From NCBI RefSeq assembly GCF_006345805.1, contig NC_043018.1:27714001-27778000 (forward strand): 64,000 nucleotides of DNA. Reading direction: 5' to 3'. A program made the translations under genes and the position numbers. This document shows positions 25,716 through 38,782 of this stretch, piece by piece. Position 1 is the stretch's first letter. Each line of letters starts with the position of its first letter. Below the pieces are notes generated by a model. That model did not search any database. It saw only the letters and a list, made by a program, of their open reading frames with translations, and had not been told where the DNA came from. Origin of the DNA: Octopus sinensis (Eukaryota).

Positions 25716-25971
25716 GCGTCTAGAAGATCAAGTTCCCACATAGAAACTTCCTTTTTGTTTCAAGAATTTTAACGAGAGAACTCCACTTGATAATATTTCT
25801 TCATTTTGGGCTTTTTTTTGTGCAAACGCAGTTGATGCTGTTGCTTTTACCGCTAACCTTGCCCACCGGTACCCGAACTGGAAGTTGAACCGTAATTATG
25901 GTGGCTGTCTCCTCCTCTTCGCATGCATTGCTTTCAATGATAGTATTTTTGCCGTTGTTGGTGTTGTTGTT

Positions 25972-26025
<54 letters not shown>

Positions 26026-26222
26026 GATATTCACCAGTTTTAAAACAAACATAATTTTCGTATGGTTTTTCTAGACATTCACTAGTACAACACTAAATAC
26101 AAAACCAAATATATGGCACACTAGGCATAACAACAACATGAACTTCCATCCTGTTGTCTCTTGAGGTCTCTGGGTGAGACTTGGAGCCAACTTGTACAAA
26201 TATAAAGCAAAACTCCAACGAA

Positions 26223-26259
<37 letters not shown>

Positions 26260-26289
26260 GTGTTGTAGTTAGTGTAGCTGGTGGATTAG

Positions 26290-27730
26290 GTGAATTTTCC
26301 CTGTCATGTCTTTTCACTTTCAGCTTAGGACGACTTTTTTTTATATTATTTTCCCGCTTTTCTTCAATACAAGTCCTTATTTGAATATTCAATTGCTCCT
26401 CGTCGCATTATAAGGCTGTTGAATGCCAGTGTCGGTAGTACATGGTGTATCTCTGTTTTTCCGTCTGTAGGGATGGTCGGGCGTTGCTTGTTTCCACCGC
26501 TACAGCAGTTGGTGCTTTTGTGGTGTTGGGATTCTGTTGTTGAAGATATTACTGCCTTGATTGTTGTTACAGCTTTTGACCTTCTTGTGATGGTGGTGGT
26601 AAAAAAGCCGCTGTTCCTCGAGCTCCGATTTGTTGTTGTGATCAGAGCTCCTTCAAATGTGTGTTAGACCCACAAGTGTGGCACTTTGGTTTTCTGCCAT
26701 CCACCCTGACATGGAGTTGTGGTCTGTTGGGAAGCTCGATAAGGTCGTGGACCTTGTCTAGGGATTCCAGTTTTACTTGGATCTAAATCTCCAACCCGAT
26801 TCCGGACCAGTTTCCTTCCGATAATTTAAAATTTCTAGAAGCGAATCCGACCACAGCACACCAACCAACCACCAAATGTCTAATTCTGGTGGCACATCTG
26901 ATATTTTAACTTTCACCACCCGCCGTCTAAGGTATGTGGGAAAGAGGAAACCTTCGTGTTTGCACTGGACCATTGATTGTTTTGGGGCCAGTGCCTCTGT
27001 GAGGAACCTCACTCCCACAGAACCATATTGTCTCCCTCGTGTGAGGAAATCAATATCAGTCTAAATGTTCTTCAAGCATTTTTTCTGCTTGGATATGTGG
27101 CGCATTGAAGATTTTCCTCGTCTTTAATGACACACATCTATATACGATGGTCCTTCTGGCCGTCTTCTCCATCCAATCTGAAGGAATAACAAGGGAAAAA
27201 CTCCTCTCTCTATAGAGGAGTTTTTCTGCTTCACTCAGATACGCATGTTTTTCTTCCAGGGAGATTTGCTCCTGCAATTTTGTTAGTCCTGCAAAGGCGT
27301 TGTTTTTATCGTGGCTGTTATTGTTGGTGTTGATTATATCGTTTTTGCTGCTGATGTTGTTCCTCTCATTATTGGTGTTAGTCGGAGCCAAAGCAACGCT
27401 GTTGTTTGTAGTGATGCTTGTATCGGTGACTGAAGTAGCCAAGCTACTCACTAACGAGGGGAAATCATTTATATTTTTCAAGTACTGCTTATTTTTCCCT
27501 CCCGTCAAAGCTTTAGTGTTGCTGTTGTTGTTGTTCCTACTGCTGTTGCTGCTGCTGCTGATGTTACAGTTGTCGTTGTTGCTGCTGTTATTCTTCGTAG
27601 TGGTTATGGCAGAGGTGATCTTGGTAGTGGTGTCGGAGTTGCTAGTTATGATTGGGATGGTCATTTTCTTTTGCCTACTTGCTTGTCTAGTAGTCGTGCC
27701 AAAAGTCGAAGAACTGTCAACCTCTCATTC
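26290..27730 (-). mobile_element. Tx1-type ORF1 remnant (different subfamily), no ORF2 seen
   Basis: T/N-rich N-terminus; VKVKISDVPPELDIWWLV and RVDGRKPKCHTCGSNTHL parallel the 47085-48116 ORF. Confidence 0.7.
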
Positions 27731-28229
27731 TTGCGACGACACTCCTCTGTCTCTCGCCTCTCTCATAGAGATAATAACAGCGACAGATATAAAGTGTTGC
27801 GGTTTATATATACGCCAGCTAAGCTAAGTTGAACTGTCTAAAGTCGAAAGACACCTGTTGTTTTTGTCCTGTTACTGTGATTATTATTATTGTTTTTTGT
27901 ATTTATATTCGTATTACCTTTTGTTTTTTGCATTTATATTCGTATTACCTTTTGATTTTTGTATTTATATTCGTGTGGCATCGTCCGTTTTTCTGCCCTT
28001 GTTTCATATATATTCGATCCTTTTTCCAAGAAATCTAATACTCGTAGCTTAGTTTTTCCTTGGGGCTGGCCGGATCGGAGCGATCTCAAGATTAATCAGC
28101 CGAAATTGCAAGGATGATCCGATTTTGACTGAAGATTAGAGGCTTCGAATGACCCGTCCATTTTTTGTGTCGTCTATTTGAATGTTTTGCGTTCTTGTTC
28201 CATTTTGTATTTTTATATATATTTTTTAT

Positions 28230-28330
<101 letters not shown>

Positions 28331-28411
28331 TATAATAATATATTATATATATATATATATATATGTGTATATATATATTATATAATGTATATATATATGT
28401 ATGTATATATA

Positions 28412-28460
<49 letters not shown>

Positions 28461-28461
28461 A

Positions 28462-29094
28462 TAAGCAAATAAATCTTTGAACGAGGCATAAACAGTAGCT
28501 GCACGACAATGTGAAGTATATTTGCCACTAAAATGTGGCTAACCACTAAGGGTGGATGCTACTGTAGCTTGTAGCCCCAGGAGAACAGCTTCTCCAGCTG
28601 GCAATTGAAACACTTTATGGAAATGGGTGCGTGGCGTTCTTCATCTCGTGATGGCTTAATAGCCCTTGCCGTTTGATTTTACTGTTTTGGTCTTTTTGTC
28701 CTGTTTTTGTTACCACTTTAACCCTCCGCAAATCCCAAATTATATTCAGTTTGCTTTGCAAGAAAGACTGTTTTAACGAAGACGTGTCTTGTTACAAGCG
28801 TTCGAGATGCAGAGTAGATACAAGAGGGGACAACTAATGAAGGGGTTGTTCTTTATTTTGTCTGTCTCGTCTCTCTATTTGTTTCTTTCGTTGTCCCAAA
28901 AAACGTTCGTTTTCCATATTGTTGTTTTGTCATGTTCTCGTTTTTCATGTTGATCACGTTATTTTTGACGTCCTGTAGCCATATATGCATGTGTATTATA
29001 TTCATATATATGTAGTATTATATCTATATTATAATATTCCATATATATATATAATATATGATATATATTATATATATATATATATATACATATA

Positions 29095-29142
<48 letters not shown>

Positions 29143-29148
29143 TATATA

Positions 29149-29179
<31 letters not shown>

Positions 29180-29934
29180 ATATATTACTTGAAAAGGGAT
29201 GTGGCTTCAATTAAATAAATATAATATAAAGAATATATTAATTTTGTATATATATAATATTTATATATATATATAATATAGATATATAATATGCAGATAT
29301 ACATTATATAATGTATATATATCTATATATATAATATATATATATAGACATATATTGTATATTAAGCAATAATAAATCTTTGAACTTAGAGCATAACAGT
29401 AGCTTCACGACAATGTGAGTATATTTTGCCACTAAAATGTGGCTAACCACTAAGGGTGGATGCTACTGTAGCTTGTAGCCCCAAAGAACAGCTTCTCCAG
29501 CTGGCAATTGAAACTTTATGAAATGGGTGCGTGGCGTTCTTCATCTCGTGATGGCTTAATAGCCCTTGCCGTTTGATTTTACTGTTTTTGTCTTTTGTCC
29601 TGTTTTTGTTACCACTTTACCCTCCGCAAATCCAATTATATTCAGTTTGCTTTGCAAGAAAGACTGTTTTAACGAAGACGCGTCTTGTTACAAGCGTTCG
29701 AGATGCAGAGTAGATACAAGAGGGGACAACTAATGAAGGGTTTGTTCTTTATTGTGTCTGTCTCGTCTCTCTATTTGTTTCTTTCGTTGTCCCAAAACGT
29801 TCGTTTTCCATATTGTTGTTTTGTCATGTTCTCGTTTTTCATGTTGATCACGTTACTTTGACGTCCTGTAGCCATATATGCATGTGTATTATATTCATAT
29901 ATATGTAGGTATGTTATATATATATTATATATAT

Positions 29935-29978
<44 letters not shown>

Positions 29979-30011
29979 TATATTATATATTATATAAATA
30001 TACATATATAT

Positions 30012-30046
<35 letters not shown>

Positions 30047-30190
30047 CTATATATATATAAACTTACTTGAAAATGGATGTGGCGTTCAATTAAATAAATA
30101 TAATATAAATAATATATTTAATTTGTATATATATAATATGTATATATAATATATAATATAGATATATATATGCATATATACATATATTAT

Positions 30191-30240
<50 letters not shown>
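28462..30240. repeat. Tandem duplication, two units of about 900 bp
   Basis: 28462-29361 repeated at about 29363-30240; a related inverted copy of part of the unit lies at 30245-30560. Confidence 0.9.
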
Positions 30241-30252
<12 letters not shown>

Positions 30253-30856
30253 GCATATATGGGTACAGGACGTCACAAAACGTAAACAACATGAAATACG
30301 AAATACGCAACCATGAAATACGAGCTTTTGTATGCGAACAACGAAAGAAACAAATGGAAAATAAGACAAATAACATTAAGAACGACCCTTCATCAGTTGT
30401 CGGCTGTTTTTCTCCTCCACATTTCGAGCAATTTACGACAAGACGTTCCTTCGAGAGAACAGTTGCTCCCCCGAATCAAAAAGAAATTGGGATTTGCGGA
30501 AGGTCAAAGTTGGTAACAAAAGCAGGACAGTGAAAACAAAACAGTGAAAGCAAACAGTCAGGGCTGCTGGGCCATACGCGGTAAGGATGGTGAACGCTGG
30601 AGAAACAAGCTTTGACAGGAAAAAAAGATAGGAGAGGAGACAGACAGGAATGCGCCTCATCTGAGCAGCAGACCGAAAGAAAAGAGAGATGATGATGGTG
30701 TGAGGAACGAGAGAGTAAAGGAGGAAGAGTGAGAGAGAGAGAGAGGGTGGGCAGATAGAAAACTGTGAAGGGGAGAAAAATGTAAATATGAGTACAGGAT
30801 GTTACCACAAACAACGAGAGAGACAAAATGGATATTGGATACTGTGCGACGTCCAC

Positions 30857-31063
<207 letters not shown>

Positions 31064-31099
31064 GATTTCTCTTATTTTTCACCAGTGCGAAAGATGGGG

Positions 31100-31885
31100 G
31101 AGACAATAGTGAGGCATAGTTTTGATTGCAGAAATGAAGACTGAAAAGGGAGACAGAATGTTTGTTAGTAGCAGCATAAGATGAAGCATTGAAGACTAAT
31201 AGAATAAAAGCCAAAATAGATTTTAAAAACCGGGTAGATTTCCAATGTAGGTTATGTAAATCAAAAGAGGAAAACGTTGCTCATATCGTAAGTGAATGTA
31301 GCATGCCAGCAGAGTGAGAATACAAGAAAAGACACGACGACTTAGGGTGAGTGATCTACTGGGAGTTATGTAGAAAGCTAGGATTTGACTATACTGATAA
31401 ACGGTATGAACATGAACTTATTAAAGTACTATAAATTAAGAAATACATGTTGTAAGACTTTAACGTTTAGAAGAGTAATAGAAGCTAGAAGCCTGATTTG
31501 GTAATAGTAGATAAAGAGAATAGAAAATGTCAGATAATTGACTTTAAAGCCCCCAAATGACGAGGAATTTAACACGTGAGGTATAGAGAATATAAAAAAA
31601 GTGCCAATGCCTAGCCATTGAGTTGCAGAGACTATGAAAAATGCGGCTAAAATATATCTCTGTAGTTATAGGTGCATTAGGAAGTATCCCTATAGATTTG
31701 AACAGATGGATGGAGGAAATAGGCTTGAAGCATAATTTAATACAGCTCCAGAAAACAATGTTATTAGGAACAGCTAGAATACTTAGGGGGATTTTTGGCA
31801 TCTAAAGTTCTTGTTGTAGCACGATATTAGGAATTTTTCTTTTCCAACAGTTTAATTTGTTGTGCTTATATGAAATTATAATAAT
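31100..31885 (+). mobile_element. Decayed R4/Dong LINE 3' part (second family)
   Basis: CRLCKSKEENVAHIVSEC, YKKRHD, PDLVIVDKE, LQKTMLLGTARILR; ends in TAA repeats. Confidence 0.85.
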
Positions 31886-32471
31886 AGTGATGCTGCTGCT
31901 GCTGATGATGATGATGATTTTTCTACTATAGACGCAATATCTGAAATTAGGCGGAGGGTGGTTGGCTAATCGATTATCTCGACCCTACTCCTGGACTAGT
32001 ACTTATATTATCGACCCGAATAAAGGAAAGTAAAGTCGACCAGGAAAGGATGAGAGGACGATGAAAAAAATATCATTCTAGGAGTGGGGTTGAGGTGATC
32101 GACTAGCTCCCCACTGCCAAATTCCAAGCCTTGTGCCCATAACAGAAATTGTTATTGCTTGCGTTGTATTTTGTAGGAGCCTAAAACACCCACTGATCCC
32201 AGGAGACAATGCTGAAGACCGGTCCAAGTATTCCATTTGTTGATGTTTATTGAGCTTATTAAGAAGTTATTACATGCTAATCAGGAATGTTATCTTGAGG
32301 TGTGGTAGCGTATTTCAGGATTCTTTGTTCGAATTCTTGATGAATAGAAAATTGCACTTTTCTGTTGGTTAACAATACCTGTCTAACTTCCGATTACCTT
32401 TAATCTCATATGTAGTCGTTTGTGTGCTGTGTCGAGTGCGCCACTCTTGTTGTTGTTGTTGTTGTTATTAC

Positions 32472-32502
<31 letters not shown>

Positions 32503-32573
32503 GCCGTTGCTGTTGTCGTTTCTGTTGCTGTTGTTGTTATTATTATTTTATTATTATTATTATTATTATTATT

Positions 32574-33125
32574 GAGTGAGAGAGCAGTTCATGCCATCAA
32601 AGTGACACTGGGGTAAAATATACGAAGCCCAATATACCCATCATGACTACCCGTCTGATAAAGGTACACCAGGCACATGCATCACAACCATATGTGCGCG
32701 ACATGGTGATCTCATATCAAGATAAACAGCACATGACCTTGCAGGTGGGTCCCAGTTAGAATTTTCTTCAGGTTGAGTAGCCCATCCCGCTCAAACGGTC
32801 CCTAAATAAGGGTTGTTTAAGGATGTTGAAAGAACCACCCATGTTTCCAGAGGTGAATTATTCAAACCCCAAAGAATCCCTCTCAACACATGGCTATGAT
32901 GCTCCCCCACTACTTCTGCTCGTGATCAGAGATGCACATATCGTCAGCCCCTAAGGGACATGCTCAACTGGTTAAGGTCAAACAACTGACAAGCAAATCT
33001 GTGGTATTGAGCAGAATATTTGCTGTAGCCCATCTTTTATACCAAGACAGAACAATGTACATGATAACACTTCCAATCAGTTAAGATCAGAAGCAATGAG
33101 AGCCACTGCCTGGTACTTATCAGGG

Positions 33126-33127
<2 letters not shown>
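32574..33127 (-). mobile_element. About 555-bp non-coding element inserted in (TAA)n
   Basis: Highly similar to 34326-34880 and 53501-53965; (ATT)n on both flanks. Confidence 0.85.
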
Positions 33128-33168
<41 letters not shown>

Positions 33169-33219
33169 GTTATATTATTATATTATTATTATATTATTAT
33201 ATACTATATTATTATTATA

Positions 33220-33260
<41 letters not shown>

Positions 33261-33313
33261 TATTATTATTATAATTATTATTATTATTATTATTATTATT
33301 AATATTATTATTA

Positions 33314-33348
<35 letters not shown>

Positions 33349-33349
33349 A

Positions 33350-33398
<49 letters not shown>

Positions 33399-33399
33399 A

Positions 33400-33847
33400 A
33401 GACGGGGAGCTGGCAGATTCGTTAGCACGTCCGACAAAGCATTTAAAGTCATTTAAAGTACGGCTTTACGTACTGAGTTCAAATCCGCCGAGGTCAGCTC
33501 TGTCTTTCATCCTTTCGGGCTCCGTAAACTAAGTAAACTTAGCAGTATTTCGTTACGTTCTGAGTTCAAATTCCGCTGAGGTTGACTTTGCCTTTCATCC
33601 TTTCGGGGTCGATTAAATAAGTACCAGTTACGCACTGGAGTCGATACAATAGACTTAACACGTTTGTCTGTCCTTGCTTGTCCTCTCTACGTTTAGCCCC
33701 TTGTAGGTAGAAAAGAAATAGGTATTTACGTTCTGAGTTCAAATTCCACCGGGGTCGATAAATTAAGTACTAGTTGCACACTGGGGTCGATCTAATCGAC
33801 CGGGACCCCTACTCAAATGTTTCGGGCCTTGTGCCTAGAGTAGAAAA
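33400..33847 (+). mobile_element. Cluster of three tRNA-derived SINE family B segments
   Basis: Repeated GAGTTCAAATTCCGCCGAGGTCGACTTTGCCTTTCATCCTTTCGGGGTCG core with a B-box-like GAGTTCAAATTCC. Confidence 0.8.
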
Positions 33848-33936
33848 GATAATAATAATAATAATTATTATTATCATTATCATTATTATTATCATTATTG
33901 GCTAAACTGGCAAAATGACCATTCCGAAATACAACA

Positions 33937-33979
<43 letters not shown>

Positions 33980-34007
33980 TATTATTATTATTCATTATTA
34001 TTATATC

Positions 34008-34074
<67 letters not shown>

Positions 34075-34156
34075 TATCATTATCATTATTATTATTATTA
34101 TTGGCTAAACTGGCAAAATGACCATTCCGAAATACAGCAATTATTATTATTATTAC

Positions 34157-34216
<60 letters not shown>

Positions 34217-34228
34217 TATTATTATTAC

Positions 34229-34261
<33 letters not shown>

Positions 34262-34287
34262 CATTACTATTACTATTATTATTATTA

Positions 34288-34325
<38 letters not shown>

Positions 34326-34880
34326 GAGTGAGAGAGCAGTGCATGCCATCAAAGTGACACTGGGGTAAAATATACGAAGCCTAGTATACCCATCATGACT
34401 ACTCATCTGATAAGGGTACACCAGGCACATGCATCACAACCATATGTGCGCGATATGGTGATCTCACATGAAGATAAACAGCACATGACCTTGCAGTTGG
34501 GGCCCAGTTAGAATTTTCTTCTGGTCGAGTAGCCCATCCTACTCAAAAGGTCCTTGAATAAGGGTTATTTAAGGATGTTAAACGAAACACCCATGTTTCC
34601 AGAGGTGAATCATTTAAACCCCAAATAATGCCTCTTAACACATGGCTATGATGCTCCCCCACTACTTCTGCTCGTGATCAGAGATGCACATATCGTCAGC
34701 CACTAAGGGACATGCTCAACTGGTTAAGGTCAAACAACTGACAAGCAAATCTGTGGTATTGAGCAGAATATTTGATGTAGCCCATCTTTCATACCAAGAC
34801 AAAACAATGTACATGATAACACTTCCAATCAGTTAAGATCAGAAGCCATGAGAGCCACTGCCTGGTACTGCATCAGGGCA
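34326..34880 (-). mobile_element. About 555-bp (TAA)n-inserted element, copy 2
   Basis: Same termini as 32574-33127. Confidence 0.85.
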
Positions 34881-34915
34881 TTTATTATTATTATTGTAAT
34901 TATTATTATTATTAA

Positions 34916-34960
<45 letters not shown>

Positions 34961-35636
34961 CATCATCATCATCATCATTATCATTACTTAAGATATACAT
35001 TATCGTACACTACAATGACAACTGCAACAACAACAAAAGCAAGTTGCTGGAAGGAAATAATTCATGATAAGGATCAGTGTGGGACGTGTCGAAATAGTGG
35101 AAATACTGACTTGAACAAATTTTTGGCGAAGCTAACTGGAAATATGCTGTTTACCTTGAATGTATTTATTATTACTTTTCCTCCTTGCTTCCTTCTTTCT
35201 TTCCTTCCTTCCTTCCTTTCCTTCCTTCTTTCCTTTCTTCCTTCATTCTTTCCTTCCTTCCATTCCTTCTTGCTATACCCTCATTAAGTCTCATTCTCTT
35301 CCTTTATCCCTTCCTACTTCATTGCCTTCTATCTTCTCTTCTTTCTTCCTACCTTCTGTTTATTTTAAAATATAATACACACACACACACACACACACAC
35401 ACGTATATATATATGCATATTCACACAAGGGCAAAGCACGTAGATACACACACATACATATACATATGCATACATACATACATACATGCATACATATATA
35501 CGTAATACATGCATACATACATTCAAACATACATACATATACACACATTTATGTATGCATTTGTTTATGTATGTATAAATATGTGTATATATGTATGCAT
35601 GCATGTATGTATGCATGTATGCATGTATGCATGTAT

Positions 35637-35736
35637 NNNNNNNNNNNNNNNNNNNNNNNNNNNNNNNNNNNNNNNNNNNNNNNNNNNNNNNNNNNNNNNN
35701 NNNNNNNNNNNNNNNNNNNNNNNNNNNNNNNNNNNN
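35637..35736. other. Assembly gap (100 N)
   Basis: Seen directly. Confidence 1.
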
Positions 35737-36160
35737 TAAAAAATTTCTGATTGAATTTACTGTCAGAATTAAAGATATCCTTATTCATTAATCTTTTTTC
35801 ATCATAATATATAGTAATTTTTAATAATATATATTTCCTCCTCCACCAAAAATTTCCTAATATACTACATGTTATATAGGTATTGATATTGTATTATAAA
35901 ATAGCGAGTAGCCAGGTAATTATTTTCGATGAAAATGCTTTTAGATTAATATTATTGGTGATCCATAAAAACATTTGATGACCGTTGTAAATTTTCTTTA
36001 ATTAATTATCTAATCCATTCGAATTTTGTCATTGTTTTCATTTCACTTATAACGTATTTGAATTATTAAAGCTAACGCTTCTAAACATCGGTATTTTTTA
36101 ATCAATATTCTTGCAATTTGTCAGTCCTTACATGGAATTTCGTATGTTTTCCTTAACCAT

Positions 36161-36243
36161 GGCCTGATGAGGCTTGTATACATAGACAGGATTTGTTTTT
36201 ATAAATTCGTTACTGTAAATAAGCCGAAACAAATTGTTGGCTT
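36161..36243 (+). ncRNA. Candidate hammerhead with long stem II, stem I damaged
   Basis: CTGATGA 36164-36170, GGCTT/AAGCC, GAAA 36226-36229, ACAA-A-TTGT, GTT triplet. Confidence 0.5.
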
Positions 36244-36638
36244 TATATGTTTTTCAAAGATTTGTTATGTTATCTTATAGTATATTATATTTTTATAGTA
36301 GATTATTTTATAATTATATTATAATGTAAATAAATTTTTAGTTCGTCAATTGTATTTCTCTGTTTCTTTTAGTATTTGTATATTATAATTATACCCCTTT
36401 TGCCTACGGTATTCAAGTGTTGTACCAGTAAATTGGATGTTTTACATCTCTTAGATGGAATTGCCTTTTTCTTCGTTTGATTTATATATATATATATAAA
36501 TTTGATGACTATGGATGACTAAATTACAACAGAAATACACAGCCCATTGTCTATATTATAGTGCATTGTTGTACCATTCAAAACTTTTTAGTCTTTACAA
36601 ACATTACACAATAATTCAAGCGACTACAATACTCTCCT

Positions 36639-36680
<42 letters not shown>

Positions 36681-36854
36681 ACCCACATCTATATATTACT
36701 TATTTGTATACGTATTATGTATATATGCATATATAGATAGATATGCATATATAGATAGATATGCATATATACATATATATATGTGTGTGTGTGCATATCA
36801 CAAAATGGCTGACGGTTAGTAAGGAGAGACACAAATAAGAAAGAAGAAAACAAA

Positions 36855-36899
36855 GGACCACTGATGCGGTCACAGGAGTGTGACGAAAGAACTCTGGCC
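36855..36899 (+). ncRNA. Minimal hammerhead-like motif with variant core CTGATGC, inside a repeat spanning about 36795-37019
   Basis: GACCA-CTGATGCG-GTCACA-GGAG-TGTGAC-GAAA-GAAC-TC-TGGCC. Confidence 0.5.
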
Positions 36900-37103
36900 G
36901 AAATAAGATTAAGATTAATGTAAAAAATAAATAACACTGAAGCAAAATAACACCAAATATATAGTGCGTGTGCTTTTATTGGCTAAACTGGCAAAATGAC
37001 CATTCCGAAATATAACAATATATATGCATACGTGTATATATATGCATATATGCATATATATGTGCATATACGCATAATATATGCATATGTGTATATATAT
37101 GAA

Positions 37104-37144
<41 letters not shown>

Positions 37145-38020
37145 ATATATAATATATATGCATGTGTGTGTGTTTGAATCACACACACATATATACACGT
37201 ATATGAGTGTGTGAGTGTGTGTATACATACGTATATGTATACATTTCGCTATCCTTACATATAGATGTTGATCGCTGTGTTGTGATTGTTGGAACGAGTG
37301 CCTTCTTGCGTGTTAGTGCATGAATATATGTGTGTGTGTGTGTACGTGTGCGTGCGTGTGCATGTGTGTGTGTGTATGTGTGTATGTATGTATGCATGCA
37401 TGCATGTATGTACGCATGTATGCATGTATGTGTGTATGTGTGTATGTATGTGCGTATGTGTGTGTATGTATGTGTGTATGTATGTATGCATGTATGTATG
37501 TGTGCATGTATGTGTGTGCGTACGTACGTATGTATGTGTGTATGTGTGTATGTATGTATGCATGTATGTGTGCATGTATGTGTGCATGTATGTGTGTATG
37601 TATGTATGTATGTATACGTCTGTGTATGTGTATATGTGTATATGTGTACGCATGCGTGTGTGTATGTTCCTGTGGTGTCTGTATGTTCTAATAATAATCG
37701 CATATGGTTTGATAATCCCCGGTTCGATTCTCTGCCGGTTGACGGCTGTCCACAGGCTTCCAATCTCTGCGTCGCCGTCCTGAACACCGTTCGTAGCTCC
37801 CCCTTGTTGCCCTCTTGAGGGTCCTGTCATTAATAAACACATCATTATTATATTTATTTATCTATTTATTTATTTATTTATTTAGTAGTAGTTTAGTAGT
37901 AGTAGCAGTAGTATTGAATCATCATGTCAACGTTTGCTGTTTTATCTATAAAGGTGTTTGTTATAGTTGTGTTTGTCGAAAATAACGATTAGGACGTCGC
38001 TGTAGCCGCTGCTGCTGGTA

Positions 38021-38066
<46 letters not shown>

Positions 38067-38424
38067 GGAGGAGGAGGAGGAGGAGGAGGAGGGGTGACGA
38101 TGATGACGCTGTCTGCCATTTCGTAAACTCTCGTGTGCTAGGTGCTTGTTTTTATATTGTTTTGGCTTTAAAGCTGAGATTTGAAACAAACATTTATAAA
38201 GCTTTTCAGTGCATGTACGTATGTGGTGGTGGGGGATATGTATATATATATAAACATATACATATATATATATATATATGTATTATGTTTATAATCTATA
38301 TTATATGTATATATACATATACATATAAATATATATATATTTGTATATATATATATTATATATATAATATATATATAGATAGATAGATAGATAGATATAC
38401 ACACATATACATATATATACATAC

Positions 38425-38457
<33 letters not shown>

Positions 38458-38569
38458 GGTATATACATATACATGTACATAGCTATATACATATTGTATG
38501 TGTGTATGTCAGCTCTCGACAGTTGCAGGTACAACCGTTCAGTTTCTCGATACGCAATCACACACAGAT

Positions 38570-38602
<33 letters not shown>

Positions 38603-38715
38603 CCTCACATGCACACAATCTCAAACAGGCGCAGGCACAAATCACACGTGTTATTCCACCCCCCCCCCTTCTATTTATTTGGATTTCGTCGTCCTCCCTC
38701 ATTCAAAGCATGCAG

Positions 38716-38782
38716 CCGGAAGTTGCCACCAAACGTCAAATCGACTCTCATGAACGTCCCTAACTCGTGACGTCAGCACGTG
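38716..38782. promoter_or_regulatory. Cluster of ETS (CCGGAAGT), CRE (TGACGTCA) and E-box (CACGTG) motifs
   Basis: Exact motifs at 38716, 38768 and 38777 in a CpG-containing non-repetitive island. Confidence 0.4.

Noticed and set aside
30385-30460. Hammerhead-like remnants in the 28.7/29.7/30.4 kb repeat family and at 28055-28160
   Set aside because: Core bases are mutated or out of order; cannot be supported without a family consensus
33860-34330. Repeated 40-bp unit resembling a CRISPR repeat
   Set aside because: Only two copies, separated by (ATT)n; eukaryotic context; no cas genes; matches a retroelement end
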